Shown one piece after another: positions 51,005-60,613 of a DNA stretch of 64,000 bases (within the stretch, counting starts at the first letter, position 1; each line of letters opens with the position of its first letter). The notes beneath the pieces were generated by a model. The model did no database searches. It was not told the DNA's origin and worked only from the letters and a program-made list of their open reading frames with translations. The DNA is from a virus: IMG/VR virus record IMGVR_UViG_3300023174_000130, positions 1-64,000 of that record; one strand, given 5' to 3'. The position numbers and the translations under genes are program-made.

Positions 51005-52080
51005 TGTTCGTATACCAAATTTATTCCTGCAACAGATCTTGCTCCCAAATAAGCCATCAATGTTGTTTGATTAGTTGATGATAATCCAGTAACATAAACT
51101 TTTACTCTACCCGGTATACAACAATCATTTTGAACTGTTACCAATGATGAATCCGATGTTCCAGAAATACTTGAGCCCACAATCGCATTAACATAATCAT
51201 TTAATGTAACACATCTATCTTGACCTGTGGCTTTAAATAACAATCTACTTCTGGCTTCAGTGACTGATATTTCATCATAACCTCCAGCAGGTACAGTCGT
51301 AGCTACAAATGCTGCATCTGATCTAGCAGTAATTGTAGCATTATTTGCTGCTGCACCATTGGATACAACTGCACGAACTAGAACAGTACTTGTAGTAGGT
51401 ATTTCTTTAGCAGTAATAAAATTATTTGTTACAATATAGCCCTGTGGACCGTTAATAACGGTAAATGTTTGATTGTTATCTGTTGTAGAAGTTGTTCCTT
51501 TGTCAACTCTTGTCCATTTAGTTATTACTCCAGTACCAGTAACAGTTTCATAAAAACTAATGGTTCGGGGATCTACTGTATAAGGTAACTCGCATGATTG
51601 GGTTGCATAATCATAATTGGTATAACTTGTTACACTTTTTCCAGAATAAAGATTAATAGATTTACTTTGACTTGGTAAAACAGAATCTATATTAAAGAAA
51701 TATGTCTGTGCTGCTGTTGTAGTTGTTGCTAGAAAAGTAGCATAATCTTCAAGAGTTGCACCAATTGCAGTAACAGTTCTATTGGTAGAAGCTCCTTGTA
51801 CTGGAGCAATCAATACAGAACTATTAGCTGCAATCCCCAGTATGCTTTGCATTAAAGTAGTAGTTGTTGCAAATGAATTCACATATCCAAATTGTGCATA
51901 TATGCCATTATAAGCCGTGGCAGTAGCCAAAATATTAATCAACATGTTTGCAGCACTGGCATTATTTTCAAAATCAATGTCAGCTAAATCAGGTTGCTGT
52001 TTAAAAAATTTAATCAAAGAGGCTCTAATATCACTAAAATCTAATGATGCAACATTAAGATTTTTTAACTGGTATGTCAT
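51001..52080 (-). CDS. gp6: baseplate wedge subunit (short, 359 aa)
   Basis: LDFSDIRASL...DFE...LINILA, QDRCVTLNDY, PGRVKV. Confidence 0.85.
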   Translation of the reverse strand: MTYQLKNLNVASLDFSDIRASLIKFFKQQPDLADIDFENNASAANMLINILATATAYNGIYAQFGYVNSFATTTTLMQSILGIAANSSVLIAPVQGASTNRTVTAIGATLEDYATFLATTTTAAQTYFFNIDSVLPSQSKSINLYSGKSVTSYTNYDYATQSCELPYTVDPRTISFYETVTGTGVITKWTRVDKGTTSTTDNNQTFTVINGPQGYIVTNNFITAKEIPTTSTVLVRAVVSNGAAANNATITARSDAAFVATTVPAGGYDEISVTEARSRLLFKATGQDRCVTLNDYVNAIVGSSISGTSDSSLVTVQNDCCIPGRVKVYVTGLSSTNQTTLMAYLGARSVAGINLVYEQ

Positions 52081-52460
52081 TATAGTTCTACCTCTATCGT
52101 TGTGCTAGAATTTGACTGCCCATTAATTCCATTATTTAATGAATAAGTTATAAAAAATTGAAATACTGTATCAGATGCATAGTCCAATCTGACTTTAACA
52201 TCATTCATTACTGGGATAGCAGATTCTATGTACGCTGCTAAACCAGATTCCAATGGACCCACTTGGGCTTGGCCAGAAAATATATAACTAAAATAATCTG
52301 ATCCCAAATTCATATTTGAAACAAGTTCACCTTTTTGTGTTTTGAGAACATTTTCAATATATTGAGAATAAGCATTAAATCCGCTCACCATACCAATATC
52401 TTTTTTAGAAGATTTGGAATTAACTTTTTCTAATAATATTGAAAAATCTTTGAGCGCCAT
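52080..52460 (-). CDS. gp25: baseplate wedge subunit
   Basis: KDFSI...IENVLKTQKGE...LGSD; start set at ATG 52460, just after a late promoter. Confidence 0.75.
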   Translation of the reverse strand: MALKDFSILLEKVNSKSSKKDIGMVSGFNAYSQYIENVLKTQKGELVSNMNLGSDYFSYIFSGQAQVGPLESGLAAYIESAIPVMNDVKVRLDYASDTVFQFFITYSLNNGINGQSNSSTTIEVEL

Positions 52461-52473
52461 AATAATATTTATA

Positions 52474-53283
52474 TCATGAATAATATCGAACACCTGCTGC
52501 TTTACCACTACTATCTAATGGTGCTATTTGCGTAAGTGACAGTGCTGTTTCGTGTGTTCCAGAATTTGTAATTACGTGTTTAATGCCCGTAACATAATAT
52601 GTTGTATTTAAAACAGAATTTGTTGATGAGTAAGGAAATCCACTTATACCATTTATACGAAGATTGGCAAGTTGACCAACTTTTAATGTAAAATCACCGG
52701 CAATTGTCACGTCCACTTTTCTTCCATATTTAATTGCATCTAGAAATTCTGCTCGTTTTACTGGAGTTTCAACTGGAGTATTCCAAAAAGATGCAACATT
52801 TAATCTTAGTTTTATATAAGCTTCATAATTTGGCTTAATATCTGGGCACAGGCAACTATATGGGGCAGAAGGAGTTGCCCATAAACATCCCATCCAATCA
52901 AGTCCTAATTTTGTATTAATTTGATTGCATTCCTCATTAACAACATCAAAATAAAGATCAATGGGCTGCGTTGTATTTAAAGAAGGAACAGTTGAAGGCC
53001 CAGTCCAAAGAGTATAATTTGAACCAGACCCTCCACATCCACCTCCACCAACAAAATTTTGTGTACTTCCACATGAGCCTTTAGTTGCTGTATAAAAACC
53101 AATAGCTTCTGCAATTTCTAAAACTCCAGGAAATCTATCAAAACACTCTTGCAACGAGGAGGGAATTCCTGTTGCTCCTCTTGTTATTGCTGCATTTGCA
53201 CATTCATATGCATCTTTATTTGCTACAGGATAAAAAGTTTCTTGTGAATAGTTAGTACCATATGTAATAATCTGTTTTGCCAT
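52474..53283 (-). CDS. baseplate hub (gp27-like), C-terminal part
   Basis: VTIAGDFTLKVGQL...YYVTGIKHVI...HETALSL is the usual hub C-terminal barrel motif. Confidence 0.6.
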   Translation of the reverse strand: MAKQIITYGTNYSQETFYPVANKDAYECANAAITRGATGIPSSLQECFDRFPGVLEIAEAIGFYTATKGSCGSTQNFVGGGGCGGSGSNYTLWTGPSTVPSLNTTQPIDLYFDVVNEECNQINTKLGLDWMGCLWATPSAPYSCLCPDIKPNYEAYIKLRLNVASFWNTPVETPVKRAEFLDAIKYGRKVDVTIAGDFTLKVGQLANLRINGISGFPYSSTNSVLNTTYYVTGIKHVITNSGTHETALSLTQIAPLDSSGKAAGVRYYS

Positions 53284-53293
53284 TGAATATCCT

Positions 53294-55303
53294 TTAACAA
53301 GTTCCGTCTACAACATTTTCGGCCCAGAAATATGTAACACTATTATTGGGATCTATCTGTTCAATGCATACTCTTGCAACATGCATTATATTTGCAGATT
53401 CTTCAAATGTAGCTGTAGCTGGTGCGCCAATTGGTCTGTATCCAAATCCAGATGCGGCTGATGTATTTGACCAACCCGGTGGCAAATATGCTCCAGTTAA
53501 GCCTCTTTCATTTAAATTTATCGCCCATGTTGCATCTTGACTATCATTTGATTTTTCTGAAGGATCTAATGACCATTGTTCCAACAAATGCGGATAATAC
53601 GTATTACCAGATCCACCTGCTCCAGACGCTGAACCACATGCTCCTGATATTCCAGAAGAAAACAATATCTTGTTCCATTTATACCTATAAAATTTTGCAC
53701 CACTTGGTAGTTCTGGCGTTGTTTCTGTTTGTGGTTGGAAATTGCCACCAGTGCCACCTGTACCAGTAGCACCATAATAAGCAGTATCTGGCTCATATCG
53801 CTGTAATACAGCAAAGAAACAATTTTCTCCTCTTTTACCCATACAACATAAAGAGTGAATAACAAAGTTTTGTTGTTCTATTTTTCTTAATTGTTCTATG
53901 GTATTTTGTATTTTAGATCCGCCAGTAGGACCAGTTGGTCCAGCAAATTCACTAGATCCACAGTTTCCATTTGTCAAAGCTTTAAAGGTATTATATCTAA
54001 TATCCATTACTTTTTGTAAATTCGTACTTTCACCAGGAATAATAGATGTAGCACTAGTTGCATCTGTATCATTTTCATTAGGATAATTTGGATGAATTGG
54101 TGTCAAATCAAACATATTTTTCCACATATCAGGACTATCCAAAAATGCCATGTAGCCTTTATCACCCATTAAATTCAATGCACCGTATGACGATTCCATA
54201 CCATATTGATTTCCCAACATATTTGTAATGGATCTGTCATTAGTTGGTGTGCCCCCATCATAATATCCCCAAGAATTTTCAGGATAAATTAAATCACCAC
54301 CAGAAGGAGCTTCAGTTGCTCTTCCAGCAACACTAACTACATCAATATTATATTTTTGACCATCATCTTGAAATTGAAAAGTTAAATTTTTTAAAGCATT
54401 ATTTTGTACAGCATTAATAGCATCACTCTTAGCATCACCAGTTAATCCTGGATCAACTGTTAGATTATTTGTATCTAAGTATTTTGGAGTTTTTCTAATG
54501 TAGTAATAATTCTTAGATATCCATTGATACGCAGGATTTGTGGCCAAGAAATATGCCTTGCGGTACTGTTTTCCATCCGATAATCTTTCTTCAACCGCAT
54601 CACCATTATAAACAGCAACATTTACTGGTTCTTCATCTTCTGCACCTACCATATCTCTTGAAAAAGATTTAAAATTAAATGCCCCATTCATAGAAGTCCA
54701 AAAGAAAAAATTAGGATTTTTGTTTTGATCAACTGCCATGGTTGACAAATAATTCATCATTTCAATTGCATTATCTGGCAGTGCTTCTTCTCTATTATTA
54801 AAAGGTATAAATGGTCTGTATAAGAAATAATTGGATGCCGAATCACGATATCCTTCATCAGCACCAAATGTATGTACCATTTGAGCTACAAATTCATCCA
54901 CAGTATAAACTTGTGGGCTTTTATATCCCAATAACTTATTCAAAGAATTGGTAGAAAAATATCTGTAATAATGATTTGTAAAATTTATTACTAATAAAGT
55001 TTCTTCAGTATCAGATGCTGCGTTATTACTATATGAAACGCTGGTAATATCACATTCCCATTTATCCCCATTAAAAAATTCAATAGTTAAAGTTGTGACA
55101 GCATTTAATTCAATTGCGCTCGCAATATCTTGTTTGTCTTTTACCAATAATGCTCCAGATGGAAGAACATCATTGATATTTTCGACTATTTCTAATCTTT
55201 CAAATTGGCATTCTTGATTTTGTCTTAAAATATCAAGATCGCCTAAATAAATTGATTTTATTGTAGAATACGCTGGATTAAATCTGGACTGTGTATTTGC
55301 CAT
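53294..55303 (-). CDS. baseplate hub (gp27-like), N-terminal part with large insertions
   Basis: LEIVENINDVLPSGALLVKD, FFFWTS..GAFNFKS; follows gp53. Confidence 0.6.
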   Translation of the reverse strand: MANTQSRFNPAYSTIKSIYLGDLDILRQNQECQFERLEIVENINDVLPSGALLVKDKQDIASAIELNAVTTLTIEFFNGDKWECDITSVSYSNNAASDTEETLLVINFTNHYYRYFSTNSLNKLLGYKSPQVYTVDEFVAQMVHTFGADEGYRDSASNYFLYRPFIPFNNREEALPDNAIEMMNYLSTMAVDQNKNPNFFFWTSMNGAFNFKSFSRDMVGAEDEEPVNVAVYNGDAVEERLSDGKQYRKAYFLATNPAYQWISKNYYYIRKTPKYLDTNNLTVDPGLTGDAKSDAINAVQNNALKNLTFQFQDDGQKYNIDVVSVAGRATEAPSGGDLIYPENSWGYYDGGTPTNDRSITNMLGNQYGMESSYGALNLMGDKGYMAFLDSPDMWKNMFDLTPIHPNYPNENDTDATSATSIIPGESTNLQKVMDIRYNTFKALTNGNCGSSEFAGPTGPTGGSKIQNTIEQLRKIEQQNFVIHSLCCMGKRGENCFFAVLQRYEPDTAYYGATGTGGTGGNFQPQTETTPELPSGAKFYRYKWNKILFSSGISGACGSASGAGGSGNTYYPHLLEQWSLDPSEKSNDSQDATWAINLNERGLTGAYLPPGWSNTSAASGFGYRPIGAPATATFEESANIMHVARVCIEQIDPNNSVTYFWAENVVDGTC

Positions 55304-55304
55304 A

Positions 55305-56177
55305 TCACTTATACTTAGTTGTTATAAAAGAGCTCTGAACCAGACCTAATTGGCTTGGAACATATGCTTGTACGGTTTTGGATACAGTATCAATATACTG
55401 TTTCACGGATACTGAAGTTTCACCCACCAATAAAGTTGGAGTAGCTGGTCCAGGAGCTGGTGCTTCTGATTCTGAAGCAGGAAGTTCATCATCAATTGTT
55501 GAATTCGATGATGCGGGTTGTCTATAAATTATTTTAGCATCTTGTGGTGTTGAAATTGATAAAATTTTATCCAAATAACTTGTTTTATTGGCTGTATAAT
55601 AATTTCCGGCTGATGAATAAGATCCATCAGAATTTAATTGGATTACTGCAACATGGTCTTGTGTTGTATTTACTCTAATAAAAGGACCAGTACCACCACG
55701 CTGAGGTCCAATAGTCATACTGCCATCATAAAAAGAGGTTTCTTCAATAAGGGCAAATGGTCCATTTAATTGAAAATTACCAGTAGAGCCATAATTATAT
55801 GATGCTCCGGTATTTCCTATGTACGGAAGCACAATACTGCCAACAGGAAAAGCCACGCCACCTGATGTGACTCCAGCTGTAGGAAATAAAGTCATATTAA
55901 TTTTTTCTTCATTATTTTTTATATATAAAACAGCATTTTCTTCCAATAAAAAGAATGGATTGATAACATTATTTGCTGCAACAATAGCCCAGAAGCTATC
56001 TGAATCAGTGTATACGTTATAGGCTGCTTCTAATAAAGTTGTTTTATTATCTATTGTAACTGTACCTTCTTCTATCGTTGCATGCTCTACATCCAAATAA
56101 GTAAAAAAATCGGAGATTTTAAAATCACCTATACTACTGGTAAATACCGTTTTTGGAAGATTATTAAAAAATTTCAT
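55305..56177 (-). CDS. gp53: baseplate wedge subunit
   Basis: MKFFNNLPK, AYNVY.DSDSFWAIVAANNVINPF (LysM-like). Confidence 0.8.
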   Translation of the reverse strand: MKFFNNLPKTVFTSSIGDFKISDFFTYLDVEHATIEEGTVTIDNKTTLLEAAYNVYTDSDSFWAIVAANNVINPFFLLEENAVLYIKNNEEKINMTLFPTAGVTSGGVAFPVGSIVLPYIGNTGASYNYGSTGNFQLNGPFALIEETSFYDGSMTIGPQRGGTGPFIRVNTTQDHVAVIQLNSDGSYSSAGNYYTANKTSYLDKILSISTPQDAKIIYRQPASSNSTIDDELPASESEAPAPGPATPTLLVGETSVSVKQYIDTVSKTVQAYVPSQLGLVQSSFITTKYK

Positions 56178-56182
56178 TAAAT

Positions 56183-57007
56183 TTATCTCATATACTTTGT
56201 AGAGATTTCAGATTTAGAAAGAACACCACCATATGAAGGATCATATGTTCCTGTTTCAAATTCACTAAAAACTAATCCCAGCAAAGTAATAGATGAAGCC
56301 CCATTTGGCAAATACCTAATAACAGGATCGCTTTCATCATTTTTTTGAACTTTAACTGTTTCTAGTACACAAACAAGAGGTTCACCAAGCCAGTTTGCAG
56401 TAAGATTTGCTTCGCCGCCACCGCGTTGTCCAGTTCCTAAAGCAGCTTGATTACCACTGGTTACCTGTAATGCCCATAAATTTTGTGGATAACTTCTTTC
56501 GGGCAATCCAGTAGCTACTGCTGGATATGAACACTTTCTAAAAGTACCTACAATATTTTCAATTTGTATTGATTCTTCTTTATTTTTTGGTATTAAAGCA
56601 TATTGAAAAAAGTATTTTTTTCTTGCTTCTGAGACCATGCTCATTTCTGCTATATTACTAAATCTTCTATAGGTAGAGGTAGCAAACATTCTTTCCCAGT
56701 AGAATGTAGCTGGTTGCATTGCTCGTTTTAATATGCTTAACGCACCACCACTGCCAGCATTTGCAATTCCTGCCCTAGAAATCATTGGTCCTACCGGATT
56801 ATTATTACTTTCACCAAATTCGTGTGCTGCCAAATATCCTGGTTCTTTTGGCATTGGTAAACTTATTCTTGCAAATGCTCTATTAATAACCCCTACACGG
56901 GTACGTTCAAAGTTTTTTAAAGAATACTCAGCACTATAAAACTGCATCCACAGCGGTTGTTCTTTTGCAGCAAACCCATAAGGATATTGAAATTGATTGC
57001 GGGCCAT
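56183..57007 (-). CDS. gp48: baseplate tail-tube cap
   Basis: ISLPMP, RKKYFFQYALIPKNKEES..I..IV..FR, CVLETVKV, LVFSE. Confidence 0.8.
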   Translation of the reverse strand: MARNQFQYPYGFAAKEQPLWMQFYSAEYSLKNFERTRVGVINRAFARISLPMPKEPGYLAAHEFGESNNNPVGPMISRAGIANAGSGGALSILKRAMQPATFYWERMFATSTYRRFSNIAEMSMVSEARKKYFFQYALIPKNKEESIQIENIVGTFRKCSYPAVATGLPERSYPQNLWALQVTSGNQAALGTGQRGGGEANLTANWLGEPLVCVLETVKVQKNDESDPVIRYLPNGASSITLLGLVFSEFETGTYDPSYGGVLSKSEISTKYMR

Positions 57008-57014
57008 ATATGAA

Positions 57015-57037
57015 TATTTAGATAATTTCTCTAAATA
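57015..57037. promoter_or_regulatory. back-to-back late promoters for gp48 (minus) and gp4 (plus)
   Basis: TAAATA on minus at 57015-57020 and CTAAATA on plus at 57031-57037. Confidence 0.75.
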
Positions 57038-57042
57038 TTATT

Positions 57043-57471
57043 ATGGCATACAGGACAATATTTAACCCAAAGAATCCTAAAAAATATGCTGGGGATTCAT
57101 CTAAAATTGTATGCAGATCCTTGTGGGAACGTAATGTATGCAATTTTTGTGATGAACACCCCAATATAATTAAATGGTCTTCTGAAGAAATAGCCATACC
57201 TTATGTCAGTCCAATTGATAAAAAAATGCACAACTACTATCCAGATTTTTTAATACAATTTAAGAACTCCGATGGAGTGCATACATGGATGGTTGAGGTC
57301 AAACCAAAAAAACAAACTTTTTTAAAAGAAAATGCTTCAAAAAAAGAAAAGGTAACTTGGATCATAAACAATGCCAAATGGAATGCTGCTAAAAACTATT
57401 GCAACAATAATAGTTTTGTTTTTAAAATTTTAACAGAAAAAGATTTATTTTCTAATGCCAACTCCAAATAA
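57043..57471 (+). CDS. gp4: head completion nuclease (TnsA-like)
   Basis: PKNPKKYAGD, RSLWE, WSSEEIAIPY, YYPDF, VEVKP. Confidence 0.93.
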   Translation: MAYRTIFNPKNPKKYAGDSSKIVCRSLWERNVCNFCDEHPNIIKWSSEEIAIPYVSPIDKKMHNYYPDFLIQFKNSDGVHTWMVEVKPKKQTFLKENASKKEKVTWIINNAKWNAAKNYCNNNSFVFKILTEKDLFSNANSK

Positions 57472-58063
57472 CAATTCAATTTTATCAATAAAAGACTTTT
57501 TTGATCGACACAATGGTCTTCAAAGATCCAATAGATTTACATTATCTTTTTCTAACTTACCCGGAACACTGCCCAAAGTATCCAACAATGATTTAAATCC
57601 ATTAGCAATAACAATAGGTGCCAGAGCTATAGATGGTGTTGCAGATGGTTTGGCTGGCTATGGTCCCGGTAGAACAATTCCAAGATCTCAAAAGTTTCCT
57701 CAAGGTATACTTTTAACTTTTCCAGTAACCAATGATAATTTTATTACACTGTTTTTCAATTCATGGTTTAATTTAATATATTCAGGTGGTAGACAATCAC
57801 CAAAAGCAGCATCAACTAATAATGCTAGGAACCCTACACGTTTTCCATATCAAGTTCAATTTTATGACGATATTATTGCGCAAACACAAATGAAGATTTC
57901 ATTATTGGATCCAAATGGAAATCCAAATGTTTCATATAATTTTTTTGAAGTATATCCTGTTGAATGTTTGCCAATTGAATTAAATATGTTGAAGTCTAAT
58001 GACTATTCAACATATACAGTTCTTATGATGTTTAGAGATTTTAATTTTTATCAAGGAGTCTAA
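57455..58063 (+). CDS. baseplate tail-tube initiator (gp54-like, tube fold)
   Basis: GLQRSNRF, FFNSWFNLI, FYDD, FFEVYP. Confidence 0.7.
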   Translation: MPTPNNNSILSIKDFFDRHNGLQRSNRFTLSFSNLPGTLPKVSNNDLNPLAITIGARAIDGVADGLAGYGPGRTIPRSQKFPQGILLTFPVTNDNFITLFFNSWFNLIYSGGRQSPKAASTNNARNPTRFPYQVQFYDDIIAQTQMKISLLDPNGNPNVSYNFFEVYPVECLPIELNMLKSNDYSTYTVLMMFRDFNFYQGV

Positions 58064-58066
58064 TTT

Positions 58067-58729
58067 ATGGATTTGATGAGTTCTTTAAAAAGCCTGCTAC
58101 CTACTTATGAAACTACTTTACCTTTTTCTAAACAAAAAGTTATTTTTAGACCTTTTAAAGTAAAAGATGCAAAAAGCATTTCTGTTATTCTGCAAGAAGA
58201 AAATAAAAAATTAGCATTAATATCATTAGTTGAGTTATTAAAAAATAATACTGAAAATGTAAACATACTGAATCTTTGCATGGCTGATGCTGAATTTTTG
58301 TTTTTACAAATAAGATCTAAAAGTGTAGACGAACAATTGAATTTGATTTACAATCAAGAAAAAATTCAAGTGTATATACCTGATATTAAACATAGAAATG
58401 AAATATCATCAGATACAATAACACTAACAGATAGTGTTTTTATTACGTTAGAAACTCCAACTATAAAAGATTTATTAAAATTAGATACATTAGATAAAGA
58501 AGACTTTTTAAAGGCCTGTATTAAAAAAGTCAATGTGGGTGGAGAGGTCTTTCATGTTAATAAATTTGTTCCAGACGATATTAAAACTATTTTAGATAAT
58601 CTACCTTTAAATGTTTTGCCAAAGTTTGAAGGATTTATGAAAACCCAACCAGAATTGTATGTTGTATTAGAAACACAAGATGGTGACAAGGAGGTCAATG
58701 GGTTATTACGTTTTTTTACCTTTCGGTAA
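58067..58729 (+). CDS. gp26: baseplate hub assembly chaperone
   Basis: PTYETTLP..KQKVIFRPFKVKD, DAEFLFLQIRSKSVDE; ends GLLRFF. Confidence 0.88.
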   Translation: MDLMSSLKSLLPTYETTLPFSKQKVIFRPFKVKDAKSISVILQEENKKLALISLVELLKNNTENVNILNLCMADAEFLFLQIRSKSVDEQLNLIYNQEKIQVYIPDIKHRNEISSDTITLTDSVFITLETPTIKDLLKLDTLDKEDFLKACIKKVNVGGEVFHVNKFVPDDIKTILDNLPLNVLPKFEGFMKTQPELYVVLETQDGDKEVNGLLRFFTFR

Positions 58730-58926
58730 AGTTTTTTGATTTAAAAGATTATTTTACAACAAATTTTACCTTAATAAATAATTTTAACTGGAGTCTATTT
58801 GATTTGGACGATATGATTTGGTGGGAACGAGAAATTTATGTAAAGATATTAGTAGATTACCAAGAACAGAAAAAACACGAACAAATGTCATCACATTATG
58901 ATATGGGACGAGGAATGAATCTATGA
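58711..58926 (+). CDS. gp51: gp51-like segment, apparently reached by -1 frameshift from gp26
   Basis: The -1 frame is open 58687-58926 and reads ...YLSVKFFDLKDYFTTNFTLINNFNWSLFDLDDMIWWEREIYVKILVDYQEQKK.... It has no ATG/GTG/TTG before 58804. Slippery T TTT TTT at 58711-58717. Confidence 0.75.
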   Translation, partial: FFYLSVKFFDLKDYFTTNFTLINNFNWSLFDLDDMIWWEREIYVKILVDYQEQKKHEQMSSHYDMGRGMNL

Positions 58927-59345
58927 ATGAAAATGAAGTATCAATAGACGTATCAGCAGAACAAAAATCTTTTTCTGCAGCATTAATGCCTTCAAGCATA
59001 CAATCCGCAGAAGTTTCTTCTGAACAACAAAATGTCGTTTTACCAGAATCAATTTCTTATACGGCTACTCAACCAGATATTAAAAATTCAGCTCAAGCTG
59101 AAGTTTCAAAAACCGCAGTAGATTTAAAAATTAAATTTGATGCAGAAGCCCAATATAAAGAATTAAGAACATCTGTTGATGGTATACAGTCATCTTTATC
59201 TTCTTTAGCAAATAATGCTAGAGACTCTTGGTTACCAAATCCAAGACCTGTTGATAAATTTGAAGAACGTCCTTTGACAGAACCTACTAATTTAATATTT
59301 GAAGCCAGACGAGAAAGATTTTCAGAATTTCCCAGATGGGCATAA
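58923..59345 (+). CDS. hypothetical protein at the tape-measure position (140 aa)
   Basis: ATGA overlap with the gp51-like ORF; Ser/Ala-rich with a coiled-coil-like segment. Confidence 0.55.
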   Translation: MNENEVSIDVSAEQKSFSAALMPSSIQSAEVSSEQQNVVLPESISYTATQPDIKNSAQAEVSKTAVDLKIKFDAEAQYKELRTSVDGIQSSLSSLANNARDSWLPNPRPVDKFEERPLTEPTNLIFEARRERFSEFPRWA

Positions 59346-59370
59346 AAAAAGCCCCCTTGCGGGGGCTTTT
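59344..59370. terminator. bidirectional rho-independent terminator
   Basis: aaaaaaa-gccccc-ttgc-gggggc-tttt between convergent genes. Confidence 0.9.
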
Positions 59371-59371
59371 C

Positions 59372-60229
59372 TCAATCGTTCTCCATCTCGGAGAAGTACT
59401 TTAGAGGATCCTTTTCCTCAATGTCTTCAGACACTACGGTGTCAGCCACATCATCCTCAATACTCTTGCTTTCAGTAAACTGAGCACGAATATCATCACC
59501 AACAGCCTTCTTGTAACGTTCAGAGAGTTCTGTATAACTCTTGAACTGACTTTTGTCAACAAATGGCTTCAGAGGATACTGCTTCTTCCAAAGTTCCTCT
59601 AGCTTCTTGTCATCTCCACCAAGAAGCGGAGCGGGAGATGCAAATTCTGACCGATCATAATTTACGTAACCTCCGACATTACGAATCTTGATCTTAAAGT
59701 CTGCACCAGTCCAGAAGTTGAATGGGTCAACAGCAACCTCGTCCTGATACTCTGGATGAGCAAGGCTCTGGATCTTCTGGAAGATCTTTGTGCCATACTG
59801 GTAAAGGAAAACCTTTCCCTTATTCTCTGGATTGGCAGGATCTTCAATGACGAGAATATTGGAAAAGTAAGTCAACTTGCGCTTACGATTCCGTGCAATG
59901 TTCTTGTCATCTTCAATACCACTATTCCAAAGTTCTGTGTTACCCTGACAAATTGGACACTTTTCACCAATTGTAGTTGGGCAGTTTTCAAACAGCCAAC
60001 CACCCTTACCCTTAAATGCGTGGCTATACACAGATACGAAGGGAGTATCTTCACCTTCAATTTCAGGCAGGAAACGGATTACAGCGTATCCATTGCCCGA
60101 CTTATCAATACCGGGTTTCCAAAGACGTTCGTCCTTGTAACTCTCCTTGGAGGTGAGTTTATCCATACGCTCGGTTAGAGATGCGACTGAGTTCTTACTC
60201 TTTTTCTTAAAATCTGCAAAGTTTGACAT
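59372..60229 (-). CDS. gp32: single-stranded DNA-binding protein
   Basis: DERLWKP..DKSGNGYAVIRFLP, ENCPTT...CPIC, DPFNFWTGADFKIKIR, YDRSEF; acidic tail. Confidence 0.97.
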   Translation of the reverse strand: MSNFADFKKKSKNSVASLTERMDKLTSKESYKDERLWKPGIDKSGNGYAVIRFLPEIEGEDTPFVSVYSHAFKGKGGWLFENCPTTIGEKCPICQGNTELWNSGIEDDKNIARNRKRKLTYFSNILVIEDPANPENKGKVFLYQYGTKIFQKIQSLAHPEYQDEVAVDPFNFWTGADFKIKIRNVGGYVNYDRSEFASPAPLLGGDDKKLEELWKKQYPLKPFVDKSQFKSYTELSERYKKAVGDDIRAQFTESKSIEDDVADTVVSEDIEEKDPLKYFSEMEND

Positions 60230-60275
60230 AGTATCTTCTTTCCCCAAGGATCTACCTTGGCCTATAAGTTCTAGT

Positions 60276-60303
60276 ATTATGTATCACAGTTTCATTTAGT
60301 CAA
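60276..60303 (-). promoter_or_regulatory. sigma70-like promoter for gp32
   Basis: TTGACT-N16-CATAAT. Confidence 0.7.
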
Positions 60304-60529
60304 GCGGAAGCCGTTTGGATTTCTTCTTCTTGAGCAAATGAAGATTGTTGGCTTCTTGTTGAATTTTTTCGACAATTGGTTTTGTTAGAAGTTTTCCAGC
60401 TGCGCTGGGATCCAGACCCATTTCTTCTGAAATTTCTAACACACAATCCATAAATGTCATTTGTGTTATTTTTACTCTGTTTATAACTTTATTTGAAAAT
60501 TGTTCTTTTGCGGATTCATCTATGTACAT
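60296..60529 (-). CDS. gp33: late-promoter co-activator
   Basis: FS..V...V...MTFMDCVLEISEEMGLDP..AGKLL...IVEKIQQEA..LHLL...RLP; promoter TTGAAT-N16-TATAAT at 60535-60562. Confidence 0.85.
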   Translation of the reverse strand: MYIDESAKEQFSNKVINRVKITQMTFMDCVLEISEEMGLDPSAAGKLLTKPIVEKIQQEANNLHLLKKKKSKRLPLD

Positions 60530-60613
60530 ATTCTATTATAGCATATAATTTAATCTATTCAATATATAAAAGAGTCTAAATATTCTTGAAGAAGAAATTT
60601 AAAGGATAAAAAT

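Noticed and set aside
57043-57471. TnsA-like nuclease as a sign of a transposon
   Set aside because: It is the conserved T4-like gp4 head completion protein in its usual context.
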